Assembly: GCA_000146045.2 (NCBI GenBank)
Contig: BK006947.3
Coordinates: 256,001-320,000, forward strand
Direction of reading: 5' to 3'
Length of the DNA: 64,000 nt
Source: TPA_inf: Saccharomyces
Lineage: Eukaryota
A model generated the notes under the pieces. The model was given only the letters and a program-made list of their open reading frames with translations. It was not told where the DNA came from and searched no databases. Shown here piece by piece: positions 1 to 10,530 of this stretch (position 1 is its first letter; every line of letters starts with the position of its first letter). A program made the translations under genes and the position numbers.

Positions 1-630
1 ATCGTTGATCTAGCAAATAGCGGACTTATCCATTGTGATTTTAATGAGTTTAATATTATGATAAAGGACAAACTAGAGGATGAAAACGATTGTGGGTTCG
101 TAGTTATTGATTTTCCACAATGTATATCTATTCAACACCAAGACGCCGACTATTATTTCCAAAGGGATGTTGACTGTATTCGTCGTTTCTTCAAAAAGAA
201 ACTGAAGTACGAACCAAAACCTGATTCATCAATGCTCGACACTGAAGGTTTCGGCGATGGTTATAAATATGCGTATCCAGATTTCAAAAGGGACGTTAAA
301 AGAACCGACAATTTGGATGAATTGGTGCAGGCTTCCGGATTTAGCAAAAAGCATCCAGGAGATAGGGGCCTGGAAACTGCCGTTGAAAGCATGAGAAATG
401 CTGTTTATAATTCAGATGACGATATGTCTAATGACGAGGCCGAAGAAGAAAATGGGGAGGGCGATTATTCAGAGGAGGATGAATACTATGACTCCGAACT
501 TGATAATGAAAGTTCTGAAGATGACAGTGAAGATGCACAAGAAGAGGAGAACGAACGTATTATAGAGGCGCTTTCCAGTGGTGTTGAAAATCTAAAAATG
601 GATAAACTAGGAAACTATATACTAGAGTAG
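1..630 (+). CDS. RIO2: RIO2 (YNL207W) 3' portion, RIO-type Ser/Thr kinase; partial, N-terminus lies left of the window
   Basis: Frame 1 is open from base 1. It translates IVDLANSGLIHCDFNEFNIM..., the RIO-kinase catalytic loop and DFN metal-binding region, followed by an acidic S/D/E-rich tail and a stop at 628-630. It sits directly upstream of RTT106 as on chrXIV. The track's M at 58 is an internal Met. Confidence 0.8.
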   Translation: MVDLANSGLIHCDFNEFNIMIKDKLEDENDCGFVVIDFPQCISIQHQDADYYFQRDVDCIRRFFKKKLKYEPKPDSSMLDTEGFGDGYKYAYPDFKRDVKRTDNLDELVQASGFSKKHPGDRGLETAVESMRNAVYNSDDDMSNDEAEEENGEGDYSEEDEYYDSELDNESSEDDSEDAQEEENERIIEALSSGVENLKMDKLGNYILE

Positions 631-787
631 TTTAGTTTAGACGACTGCATAAATGGCCGCAAATAATCAAGTTGTTATCCATAATTTTTTTGATTTTTAA
701 GCCATGTTATTCTTCAGGATAAAAAAAGTGGTATTTATGAACTCTTACATATGCGTATTCATGCTATATTATAATATCGAATCTAAG

Positions 788-2155
788 TCAATCGTATTCT
801 ACTCCGGATCCATCCTCATCATCTTCATCGTCATCATTATCAATTTCTATCGGAATATCTTCGAGTTCTAACGGCTCCTTAAACTCTTTGTATTGGAGTT
901 CCTGTTCTGGTTGACCATTTATAGAAGCAAAACTATTATCTCTATTCAAAGCGCTTTGGCCCTTTTTGTCTTCCTCTTCATCGTCTTCTTCATCATCTTC
1001 TTCTGCTTCCTCTCCGTCTTCTGCACCGTCTGAGGATTCTTGGCCACTCCCATCGGAAAGGTCGCTCTCAGCTTCGAAATTTTGGTCATTTTCTTCATCA
1101 TCGTCTGAAAACACACCTGCCTTTTTCTCGTCTTGCATTTGACGGGTAGCTTCCTGTAGAATAGATGGCTGATCGGCTGTGCCATCAGTTGCTTGGCCTT
1201 TGCTCTTGGATTTAGCTTTCAATTCCTCAGACATAGACTTATCCTTCATTTGTTTCCTTTTAACGTAGTCGTCAATTTTAGCGTATTCAGTTTGGTCTAT
1301 CATGGAAAACTCGTATTTTTCACCATCTTTTGTCACTAAGCTTGCATTGAATGTTAATCTGGTAATAGACGAATAGGTTATAGACTCGATGTCAGAAGCG
1401 TCGAATAACAAAATGGGCTTTTTAAACCCAAAAATTATATGATCTGGTAAAAAATATAGCGTGCCTTCTTTAGTACCTCTATGACACTGCAGGTGAAATG
1501 AGTTTATTTTTTCAGCATCGGTATCCACCAGTGTACTGTTAACGAATGGGTTGGAGATTTTAAAACCCGTCAAAATGGCTTGCTTTCTTATATATTCGAC
1601 GCACTTTTCAAAGTCTGTTACATTGGAATCAAGAAGCCCTAAATTTTTAAACTGGTTTAGTGTGTTTTCTTTGTTCAAGGTCATTACCACAGGTTCAGAA
1701 AACTTGTTATCCTCGCACGATGTGTAAGTCATAAAAAGGTATATTAGATTAGGCTTTTCTGGCACTGGCAAGAACGAAGCCATTTTGATATTTTTGTTCA
1801 GCTGATAAATGCTTAATTCCCTGTCATTTCCCTTCAGTAATGTTATTACGGGAGACCCGTCAACATTGGAAAGATAGAACACCAAATCAAGCTTTTTCCT
1901 TAATGGTGACAGTACAGAAACACCTTCTAATTTGAAAATAGTATTGGTTTCCGAAATTTCATCTGTTTTAAGCAGGTCAGAAGAGACATCTATTCTGGGC
2001 TTTTTATGGCGTCCGCTTCTATCGTTGCTATTTTCATTCAATGCATATTTATACAATTCCTCAAATATTTCTAATGAGCTTGGCAGCACTCTAACCACGG
2101 TACCAATCTTTCGGCTGAGAGACTCAGGCAGTTCATCTAAGAACAATTTTGACAT
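788..2155 (-). CDS. RTT106: Histone chaperone Rtt106 (YNL206C), 455 aa
   Basis: Continuous ORF with ATG at 2153-2155; the track start at 2158 is an in-frame TTG. The length is exactly 455 aa. It has a long DDDEEEDD acidic C-terminal tail typical of histone chaperones, and its position and orientation match YNL206C. Confidence 0.85.
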   Translation of the reverse strand: MSKLFLDELPESLSRKIGTVVRVLPSSLEIFEELYKYALNENSNDRSGRHKKPRIDVSSDLLKTDEISETNTIFKLEGVSVLSPLRKKLDLVFYLSNVDGSPVITLLKGNDRELSIYQLNKNIKMASFLPVPEKPNLIYLFMTYTSCEDNKFSEPVVMTLNKENTLNQFKNLGLLDSNVTDFEKCVEYIRKQAILTGFKISNPFVNSTLVDTDAEKINSFHLQCHRGTKEGTLYFLPDHIIFGFKKPILLFDASDIESITYSSITRLTFNASLVTKDGEKYEFSMIDQTEYAKIDDYVKRKQMKDKSMSEELKAKSKSKGQATDGTADQPSILQEATRQMQDEKKAGVFSDDDEENDQNFEAESDLSDGSGQESSDGAEDGEEAEEDDEEDDEEEDKKGQSALNRDNSFASINGQPEQELQYKEFKEPLELEDIPIEIDNDDDEDDEDGSGVEYD

Positions 2156-2577
2156 CAAATCTGTAGGACTTTACGTTTGAATAGTGGCTTTTTGGTCAGC
2201 GTTTCCAGCACCTTTACATCATAGTTATTACTACACACTAATGCGCTATAGCGTATGTTAGATGAAAAAAAAAAGCACGACGCGTCATTAACTAGTGGGG
2301 TAACCCACGAAATAAAGATAAAAAAATAAAATTCGTTTATATTTAAATTTTTAAAGCATATGTTCTTATGATGTCTAATTGAATTCTGGAGGGAGAATGT
2401 CTCCCCCAGTAAAACAAGAAAAAACTGGCGAGGGTAAATGGGGCGTTTCATGCAACTTCTCGTTAAAGTGCACGAATGATCTCTTGATATCATTCGGCAA
2501 ATTCCTTTGTTGAATGTTTTCAATCGTTGGCTGAACAACCGAGCCTTTAAAGTCTTCGTATGATTTGTATAATGCAT
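2155..2577 (-). CDS. Short ORF (140 aa) overlapping the RTT106 5' end and SPS18 3' end; corresponds to the dubious ORF YNL205C and is probably non-coding
   Basis: Open frame only. The product is low-complexity and sits wholly within the RTT106/SPS18 intergenic and overlap region. I recall a dubious ORF being annotated here. Confidence 0.15.
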   Translation of the reverse strand: MHYTNHTKTLKARLFSQRLKTFNKGICRMISRDHSCTLTRSCMKRPIYPRQFFLVLLGETFSLQNSIRHHKNICFKNLNINEFYFFIFISWVTPLVNDASCFFFSSNIRYSALVCSNNYDVKVLETLTKKPLFKRKVLQI

Positions 2578-3277
2578 CTGAAAGCAACTGCCAACTTCTA
2601 GAAATGGTTCCTATGGGGTCATTTTGAAATTTTTCAATTGTTAACGTACTCGTAGCACTTGTAACGTTATTCTCGTCCAGGTTTCTTTCGGAACTCAAAC
2701 AAGCGGGAAATCTTTCGCAGTCTTGAAAATTGTCAGAGCCTAACACCTTCTCAGGTAGTACAAATTCCGCCCCTTCCGAAGCATTGCTGTTATTAGATAT
2801 TTCCCTCAACGTCCTATCTCTTATTTGGCTCGTCGCACCGTTTGTATACTGCTGGAAATTATTGAATCCCAAATACATGTTCCGATTAATATCATTACTG
2901 CGCACTTCATTGGCCAGCCTCCTCTTGTAACTTTTAGCAAACAAATTATCATATTTTTCACGCAATGGAATCCCGTTCTGCAAAATACCATTTTTGGACA
3001 AGAAGGAACCGAATCTGTTATTTCCGCTTTTCTCTACTCTTCTGACATCCTTTTCTTCAAAATTATCCATTGTTATTGACTTTACACAAAATATGTTCGT
3101 ACCCATCCCCCTCAAAAGGTTTGCGCAATTAACACATATAAATATGCCGAAGCTGCAAGAAACAAATTGTGGATTGACACTCTTGCATTCAAAACAATTG
3201 TTATTGCCGGCAGCCTTCTTGGCACGTAACAATCTCTTCCGGTTTTCCATATCTTTACTATTTTCAAACAAACGCAT
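2375..3277 (-). CDS. SPS18: Sps18, sporulation-specific ArfGAP-type zinc-finger protein (YNL204C), 300 aa
   Basis: ATG at 3275-3277 and exactly 300 aa. The N-terminus has the C4 ArfGAP zinc finger CFECKSVNPQFVSCSFGIFICVNCANLLRGMG (CxxC-x16-CxxC). It is divergent from SPS19 across a 290-bp shared promoter. Confidence 0.85.
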   Translation of the reverse strand: MRLFENSKDMENRKRLLRAKKAAGNNNCFECKSVNPQFVSCSFGIFICVNCANLLRGMGTNIFCVKSITMDNFEEKDVRRVEKSGNNRFGSFLSKNGILQNGIPLREKYDNLFAKSYKRRLANEVRSNDINRNMYLGFNNFQQYTNGATSQIRDRTLREISNNSNASEGAEFVLPEKVLGSDNFQDCERFPACLSSERNLDENNVTSATSTLTIEKFQNDPIGTISRSWQLLSDALYKSYEDFKGSVVQPTIENIQQRNLPNDIKRSFVHFNEKLHETPHLPSPVFSCFTGGDILPPEFN

Positions 3278-3376
3278 GGTCCATATATTCTTGGGTCCCT
3301 TTTATACCAGTACTCTCTTGTAGCTTGTATAATTTGTAAATTAGCGTTGTTTTTACTATGCGTTTGCTGGCCTAAC

Positions 3377-3386
3377 GTCACAAAAT
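3377..3386 (+). promoter_or_regulatory. Middle sporulation element (MSE, Ndt80/Sum1 site) GTCACAAAAT in the SPS18-SPS19 divergent promoter
   Basis: Matches the MSE consensus gNCRCAAAW. Both flanking genes are sporulation-induced. Confidence 0.6.
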
Positions 3387-3411
3387 CACTTTCAAACGGC
3401 GCGTACACTCA

Positions 3412-3435
3412 CGGCGTTAAGTATATCAAACTCCG
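3412..3435 (+). promoter_or_regulatory. Oleate response element (ORE, Pip2-Oaf1 site) CGGCGTTAAGTATATCAAACTCCG upstream of SPS19
   Basis: Fits CGG-N3-T-N-A-N12-CCG exactly. It lies about 140 bp upstream of the SPS19 ATG, and SPS19 is an oleate-induced peroxisomal beta-oxidation auxiliary enzyme. Confidence 0.65.
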
Positions 3436-3438
3436 TCA

Positions 3439-4068
3439 CTATTGGAGTTTACCAAAAAGGATAGGTATAAGAGTAAGGCTCCAAATCAAAGAAAATCTAA
3501 ATTTGAAAAGAAGTTCGTAATTTCTAATATTTACACTTTTAGAGTTTGGGAGGTCGTATGTTCGAGTCATGGATACTATGAATACAGCAAACACTTTGGA
3601 CGGCAAATTCGTTACTGAGGGTTCTTGGAGACCTGATTTATTTAAGGGTAAAGTGGCATTTGTCACTGGTGGAGCTGGCACGATATGTCGGGTACAGACA
3701 GAAGCCTTGGTTCTTCTTGGCTGTAAGGCAGCTATTGTCGGCAGGGACCAAGAAAGAACAGAACAGGCAGCAAAAGGTATTTCGCAGTTAGCAAAGGACA
3801 AAGATGCAGTCTTGGCTATTGCAAACGTCGATGTTCGCAATTTTGAACAAGTGGAGAATGCGGTTAAAAAGACCGTAGAGAAGTTCGGTAAGATCGATTT
3901 CGTCATTGCCGGTGCTGCTGGAAATTTTGTGTGCGATTTTGCGAACCTCTCTCCAAACGCCTTCAAATCTGTTGTTGACATAGATTTACTAGGAAGTTTT
4001 AATACCGCCAAGGCATGCTTGAAGGAGTTAAAAAAGTCAAAAGGTTCCATCCTTTTCGTCTCTGCCAC
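3439..4068 (-). CDS. Antisense ORF (209 aa) overlapping the SPS19 5' half; corresponds to dubious YNL203C and is probably non-coding
   Basis: Open frame on the strand opposite a clearly conserved SDR gene; no recognisable domain. Confidence 0.12.
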   Translation of the reverse strand: MAETKRMEPFDFFNSFKHALAVLKLPSKSMSTTDLKAFGERFAKSHTKFPAAPAMTKSILPNFSTVFLTAFSTCSKLRTSTFAIAKTASLSFANCEIPFAACSVLSWSLPTIAALQPRRTKASVCTRHIVPAPPVTNATLPLNKSGLQEPSVTNLPSKVFAVFIVSMTRTYDLPNSKSVNIRNYELLFKFRFSLIWSLTLIPILFGKLQ

Positions 4069-4456
4069 TTTCCATTATTATGGTGTGCCGTTTCAAGGAC
4101 ATGTGGGCGCTGCTAAAGCGGGAATAGACGCATTGGCAAAGAATTTAGCGGTTGAGTTGGGGCCTCTGGGTATACGTTCGAATTGCATTGCTCCAGGTGC
4201 TATCGATAATACGGAAGGCTTGAAGAGATTAGCCGGCAAAAAATATAAGGAAAAGGCCTTGGCAAAGATACCATTACAAAGGCTTGGATCTACACGGGAT
4301 ATAGCCGAATCTACTGTTTATATTTTTTCACCCGCCGCATCGTATGTCACCGGTACCGTCTTAGTTGTTGACGGTGGTATGTGGCATTTAGGGACCTATT
4401 TTGGACATGAGTTGTATCCAGAAGCCTTAATAAAGAGTATGACATCTAAATTATAA
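3578..4456 (+). CDS. SPS19: Sps19, peroxisomal 2,4-dienoyl-CoA reductase (SDR family), YNL202W; 292 aa from ATG 3578 (in-frame ATG also at 3569 gives 295 aa)
   Basis: Rossmann motif VTGGAGTICR. It has the SDR catalytic S-x12-Y-x3-K-like region and ends in the PTS1 tripeptide -SKL (4445-4453). From memory the annotated protein is 292 aa and begins MNTANTLDGKF, which favours the second ATG. Confidence 0.85.
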   Translation: MNTANTLDGKFVTEGSWRPDLFKGKVAFVTGGAGTICRVQTEALVLLGCKAAIVGRDQERTEQAAKGISQLAKDKDAVLAIANVDVRNFEQVENAVKKTVEKFGKIDFVIAGAAGNFVCDFANLSPNAFKSVVDIDLLGSFNTAKACLKELKKSKGSILFVSATFHYYGVPFQGHVGAAKAGIDALAKNLAVELGPLGIRSNCIAPGAIDNTEGLKRLAGKKYKEKALAKIPLQRLGSTRDIAESTVYIFSPAASYVTGTVLVVDGGMWHLGTYFGHELYPEALIKSMTSKL

Positions 4457-4626
4457 TACGTATAGGTATTGAGTACTATTATTATATGACACTTTCTCGT
4501 ATGCTTTTTGATAGTTAATTGTATATTGATGAATTTTATATACAATGAGTGCACTATCGTTGTTAAACTTCTTACAACCATGACCGTTGTGCTAGCTTTT
4601 TATTCTTCTTTCCAACAAGGAAAAAC

Positions 4627-7203
4627 TCAAGTACTTGCATTCATTTGGTCAACGCTTTTTTTAAATGCTAACTGATCACCAGAATAATGGGGGTCATTTT
4701 CAAAGTGTTCAATCTCAGAATGTAATCTTTTGACGTTTTTAATGTCAATATCTTCTAAATGATTCGAAGCAAATCCATCTGTTGACATATTTACAGAAAT
4801 GTCATTCCCCCCTTCAATGCTATTTTCAAAGCTAGAATGATCGGGTTGGTTTTCTTCCCCGGTTTCTAGCATATCCTGGATGAAAGGGATATCAGTAGCT
4901 TTTCTCAAGACATCACCATATGTTTGAACTAAGTATTTGTTTAAAATGGTAAAGTTTGTCCTATTGTTGTTCACGTTCGTTTTGACGTCATTACCGTTGC
5001 CATCATAAGAACCATTGGTTTTTTCCTTTCTGTTATGGCCATCACTTTGATAAGCTCTACATTCTGTTATAATAATGCGGAAAAAATCTTGAATGCATGA
5101 ATTTGCAAGATTATTCTTATCTATGTTCTCCTGGAAGAGTTTAAAAACCGGCGCATATAAATTTTTTGAAATCATATATCGATGATAGTATTTATCATCG
5201 AGACACATAAGGTTTTTAATGCATCTTACTGCTGTTAACCTTAGCTGCATCATATGATTACCGCCGATAAGTTTGCTAACAGAATCTAGTATACCGTTTT
5301 CTAATATGAATCTTCTGGATAAGACACGATCATGCTCAGTGCAAACAAATGATACCAATTTCACTAAATGAATTAACAAAAGATCGTCTTTTGTAACCTT
5401 TTCTATTTGCCCATCTATTTCTGCCATTTCCGTTGTGATATCCTTCTTGATTAATGGACCAAACAGTATGGGTGCGATTTTATTATAGAAATTTGCAAAA
5501 TATTCCATTACTTGAAATTCAGATTCAGATTCTGGCTCTAGATTATTCATTTCATCGCTGCTATAGTGATAGTTATTTAAATTGATTGAATCCGAGTTTA
5601 AACCATAACTGAAACTTGGGAAATCTTCAGATGTGTTCTTAGCTTCATAATTTGATCTGCCCATAAGATCATATGAACCTTCTCCATTACCCACACATCC
5701 TTCAGGGTGAAGCAAAGTATTTAGCGCTTGCACAACTTGTTCTCGCAATCCGGGACTCCTGTCGGACAGAAGAATGGTTGAAAGTATCAATAACAACTTG
5801 GAATCAGTACTGGAGCTGTAATCCTGCGGATATTTCCGATGGGAAGACTTGTCATCGGGCGCTGATTTATGTTGCCGTTTGAAAGAATCTTCATTCTGAA
5901 CGTTGTGAATTAACAAGATATCGTGTTCGATTATAGTAATGATAGTATCCGTAGCTAAAATCCTAACATTACTATCCGTCTCCATGTGAAATGCATAATC
6001 TAAAACTTTGAATAGACCCTTTCGAACAAGTGTTTTATAGAACTTAGAACGGTCAACCGCATCTAAATTGATTGACATTTGAACACACTGTTGCAACAAT
6101 CTAATCCCGTCTTTTCGTTTTTGTACAAACTTCTCCTTCTCTGAAGAGCTTTCTGGAAGGGTTTTGGTATCATAAAGCTCTATTAGTCTGTCCAAAAACG
6201 TCCCTACTTGAAGAAAGTCGATTATACACGTTTCCAGGTCCATGACAATTTCCGAGATTAAGTTGAAATTATGATCGTCTAAAAATCGTACTAATACCAC
6301 GTCTTTTAAGAACTGTAAGCGAAAACATTTTTTCATTATTATTTTTAAGTCCTCATTTTCCAATGGAATAACCTCTTTGAAATTGGGACCTTTTGATCCT
6401 AAATATTTCCTATGATTTGCCTTTGATGTAGGGTATTCAGTATCGTATTCTAAAATCCCAACTATTCCCATAATCCTATCGTCCTCCACCATTGACTCCA
6501 ATATGTCTCTTTTATTGTAAAGTATCAAAGTTTTGATGATGTTACTTAGCAAAAATAAATCCTTCGGTATCTTTTCTTCTTCTGCTTTGTGGAAATGAGA
6601 AATCAGTGTATCAATGTAATTTGACTGGAGGATAAACTCAATGGTTTCGTTTTTCAAAAAATCGAAAGAAGTATTTTCATTCAAAATCTTTAGAGCTTCT
6701 AGTAAAGTTTGACTATTCTGTTGCTGGTCGTTGGAGGGCAAGGTCACAGGGCCCGTTATAATGTCGTGAACAGACCCGAGTCCGTTGTCGCTGGATTTTA
6801 CGGTGACTAAAGAAATATTTGACTCTATGTTCCTTTGGACGTGAACAATGAATTCACATAAGGTGTCACATCCCATACTTTCTTCAAAACTCAAGGCTAT
6901 ATCTTTCCCCCCTAAATCCTTCCAAACAATAAGCGTTTCCTCCTGCCGTTGATATTCAATATTTCCTTCTAGTTTGGATTTTAGTAAAGTTTCAGTTGGG
7001 GAGTCTTCATCTGAGACAACAAGATATGCGAACTTACCTTCGTCCACCTCCCCTATACAAAACCCTGTACCTGTGTCTTTCCATTCGTTGTTCTCTAAAA
7101 TGTAAACCTTTACTCTTTTGGGTTCAGTATTAACCGAAACGGCTTGTTCAGTATCCTCATCCATCGGGGTCGGAGATGTAGTAGGTGTACCCGGTAATGA
7201 CAT
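4627..7203 (-). CDS. PSY2: Psy2, regulatory subunit (PP4R3-like) of the Pph3 protein phosphatase 4 complex (YNL201C), 858 aa
   Basis: ATG at 7201-7203 and exactly 858 aa. It is a large alpha-helical, armadillo-like protein with a position matching YNL201C. Confidence 0.85.
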
Positions 7204-7712
7204 TACTCTTACTATACGTAAATCCTAAACTTTTCAGTTAGAATTTCTGTTTCAAACACAGACCAAAAAAAATACTGTTTTCTACCGGTTTAATATGGAA
7301 TAAATGAGTTTCGATGAATTATAGTACCAGTTCAGTACACTCTTCTTTATTTTTTTTTTTTTCAGTATGCGCGGGTTTTGAAAGCACTAGGTCTTTTAGA
7401 TTTTACGTCAAAGGAGGCCGAGAAAATATTGTTAACTATGCCACTGATGCAAGCAATCTCTATTGTGCAATTCTAGTTATATCTACCTTGCAATTGCCCT
7501 TTAGAAAGTATTGGTCTTCTTTCTTTTGTTTCTTCTTCGGATGAAACACCAAAGGAAAAAAAAAAAAGACAGATAGAAAAAGAAAAGATGGCGCGTCAGA
7601 AAAAGAAACGACGGTTTTATCATCTTAAAAGAGAATCATGATGGCTATTTGTTCACAAAATAAGGGATTATATAAAAATTATGTATGGTAGTGGCATTAT
7701 AGATTTGGGCTA

Positions 7713-8453
7713 TCAGAGTTTCAATATTTGGTCTGTGGATTCATATCCAAATGGCTCAAAGCCGAATTTATTGGCGAAATCTCGAGGAATGAATCTTCCC
7801 CCCACGTAATGAGTTGTTTGATTCTCCCTTATGTGAGAGCTGCATGGCTTGGGGACAGTCAGAGATACAAGAACAGCAGGATTAATTGAGGGCTGAGAGA
7901 TCGGACCTTTGTCAACGTCCCAACCTGTGGGGACGTCCACCGAAACAATCGGGATAATGTTTTGCACTTTGCACAGTTCTTCGACAATGCCCTTGAATGG
8001 CTCTCTCATGGGAGGCTTGAAACTAAAACCAAATATTGCATCTACAATGCATAAGGTCTTTTCCGGCTTCAAATATTCCAGCCAGTTTCCCTCATCTTGA
8101 GACAGGACAGGAACTTTGAAAAAATTCAATTGGTGAACCAGCTGTTTGTAGAATTCAGTGCGCTCGCTTCTCTTGGGGTAGAAAACAACAGGGTTGTAAC
8201 CAAAAAGCTTCAAATGTCTTGCGCACACGAGACCATCCCCGCCATTGTTACCTGGCCCAGCAATAACAAATACATGTTTGCCCTTTTCCGTTTCTGTCTT
8301 GCCTCTCAGTGGAAACTGGCGACATACAGCCTGCGCGACACTAAACCCAGCTAACTCCATTAGCTGTTGTAGAGTGAATCCGATTTGAGGACCCATCAAT
8401 TCTTTGTCGATTTCAGCTGCAAGCTTTGATGAAACAACTTTCAACGTAGACAT
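7713..8453 (-). CDS. NAD(P)H-hydrate epimerase, YjeF-N domain protein (YNL200C / NNR1), 246 aa
   Basis: The track ORF is 277 aa, but the first ATG that gives MSTLKVVSSKLAAEIDKELMGPQ... is at 8451-8453 and yields 246 aa, the length I recall for YNL200C. The YjeF-N motif VIAGPGNNGGDGLV is present. Confidence 0.8.
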   Translation of the reverse strand: MSTLKVVSSKLAAEIDKELMGPQIGFTLQQLMELAGFSVAQAVCRQFPLRGKTETEKGKHVFVIAGPGNNGGDGLVCARHLKLFGYNPVVFYPKRSERTEFYKQLVHQLNFFKVPVLSQDEGNWLEYLKPEKTLCIVDAIFGFSFKPPMREPFKGIVEELCKVQNIIPIVSVDVPTGWDVDKGPISQPSINPAVLVSLTVPKPCSSHIRENQTTHYVGGRFIPRDFANKFGFEPFGYESTDQILKL

Positions 8454-8925
8454 TTTTACCTTACAATGATTTCTCTTTAATACCTGAGATTGGTGTGTTG
8501 AAATGAAAATATGTGTTGGCCCAGCAACAGACAATAATATAAGCAAGGATCCTGGTCGTTTGATATTCTTCTTGAGTTTTTTTCTTATATATGAACGTAT
8601 GTGTATATATTCACCATCCCTATTGTCTCCACCCCTTGTTCGCTCGTAGCGACGGAAACAATCAAATAAGAGGACCCACGGTAAAAGTAGCGTAAATTTT
8701 ACGGTTCTGCTGCAAAATAAAGAAACCCATTTTGTATCCTTTACATCAGGAATAACGTAAAAAGAATTATCATTAGTTCGTAGTTATATAATAACGTCTG
8801 TTCATTATAAAAGAGTACAAGAAACAGTAAGATAGTAAACGTCACTGTTAAATAGTTAATTATACCGCCAATCTACACCAGAAAATTAAAAGAGAAAGCA
8901 ATATATGTTAAACATTATTATCGTG

Positions 8926-10530
8926 TCATCTTTGTAAATCCCTTAACATACTTCTAACACAACCCATGTCTTCAATTAACATTTTCCTTAACCACTGCGT
9001 CTCTTGGCGCTGTAATTCCAATTCTCTTTCTAATTGCACAATTCTTTGGCCTTTTTCAGAAATGATTGCGTCATAAGCTTCTTTCAATGGGCGTATCACG
9101 GCTTCTGTATCTATAGGTCCCATGCTGTTTGAAGGATTTAAATCAACTTTCATTTGGGTGTTATTCGCGTTTAAATTAGTGTCCGGACCATCATTTATTA
9201 ACGCACCCTCTGCTGCAGTTGTCATCGGCCTCTGCCTCTTACTCGTATTTGTCAGTTGCAAAAGTTCTTCCACCGCTTCGTCATCCAGCGTATTAACATC
9301 TAACGATCCCAGTGACCTTCGTTTCCACGAATGGGATCCATTATTGGACATTGTATTATAGCCCATGGTATTACTGGAAGCATTGGGGTTCAGATCTGCA
9401 TGACTCAAACCAAATTCAAATCCTCCTGAGCCAGGACTGGTTGGCTGTGTATAATATCCTGTCAACGAACGAGAATTGACATCTTGTGATAGCGTTTGCA
9501 GTCGTTTTTGTAACTGTTGAGACAATGATGGATCAAAAAGCATATTGGTACCTGGGTTGCTTATTGTTGTATTACTGAATGCACTCGTATCTGTAATGCC
9601 GTTTCTCTCTTTATTACTATTTTTATTGTTTTTCCCATTTTTAGCATTTTTAGCCACCCTGGTGCCTCTTTTTTTCGTTCGGTTGTTTGGCATGTTTTTA
9701 TTTCCATAGTTCTTAATATTACTCCCATTTCCAATATTACCATTGTTCCCATTATTGTTCCCGTTGTTTATTCCCTGTAAATCTGATGGGGAGCCTTTAG
9801 TTGATGTATTTAAGGAGTTTCCCTTCCTGCGTCCTTGAGTTAGAATTTGGCCGGTCTGAGGATCGAATACTGTAAATATGCTCATTGAGACTAATCGCCA
9901 CAATTCATCGTTTTCTAATTCTGAGTCTGTCTTTATTTGCCAAAGCCTTCCATCCAACCGGCGGAAGTATTTTGCGTAAGGACTTGCGTCAAAACTCAGC
10001 TCTAGTTCCTTAATCATCTGTTGAAATCTTTGATATAGTTCGATTGCCGATTTTGGTGATGTTGATCTATCGTCAATTGACCCAGATGATAGTGTAGCGT
10101 TATATAGTTTTGATATTTTGGCGAAAAGTTGAGAATATTGCGCTTGCGTATATATTCCATTTGAGGTGGCACTAGAGCTCGCATTATTACCAGTAGTGGC
10201 AGGATTGCTTGCATTGCTAATGGCTGAGGTAGAACTTGAATTACCATTCGGCGTACCATTAGCGCTATCTGAGTTGGTTTTCGTCAGAGCATTACTACCA
10301 GTGCTAGTTATAATCTCATCGATGTTAGGTGTGCTATCAGACCCCATCAACCCTGTTGGATTAGCTATCCCTGTTCCAACCGCCCCGTTAACCATACCTG
10401 AGGGCGTGTTCGTTGTCGTCTGTGGCGAGTTTGTAACACTCTGCAAGGAAGCACCACTAATGACAGACTCGTTAGACAGTAAATTATAAGCTCTGATTAT
10501 GAATACATCTAACTTAGTTTGGTGATGCAT
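8926..10530 (-). CDS. GCR2: Gcr2, transcriptional co-activator of glycolytic genes (YNL199C), 534 aa
   Basis: The track ORF of 542 aa starts at an in-frame TTG. The first ATG at 10528-10530 gives [18 protein letters not shown]... and 534 aa. It has Asn/Ser/Thr-rich low-complexity stretches in the order expected between YNL200C and WHI3. Confidence 0.8.

Noticed and set aside
946-1185. 79-aa lysine/arginine-rich ORF on the minus strand
   Set aside because: It is an alternative frame of the RTT106 acidic tail (GAA/GAT-rich DNA read as AAG/AAA) and lies entirely inside a verified gene.
3556-3568. GTTCGAGTC resembling a tRNA B-box (GGTTCGANTCC)
   Set aside because: There is no A-box and no acceptor or anticodon stem pairing around it. 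It sits 1-13 bp upstream of the SPS19 ATG, and I found no tRNA gene anywhere in the window.
10166-10489. 107-aa Leu/Ala/Val-rich plus-strand ORF
   Set aside because: It is antisense within the GCR2 coding region (Asn/Ser/Thr-rich codons reversed) and has no independent support.
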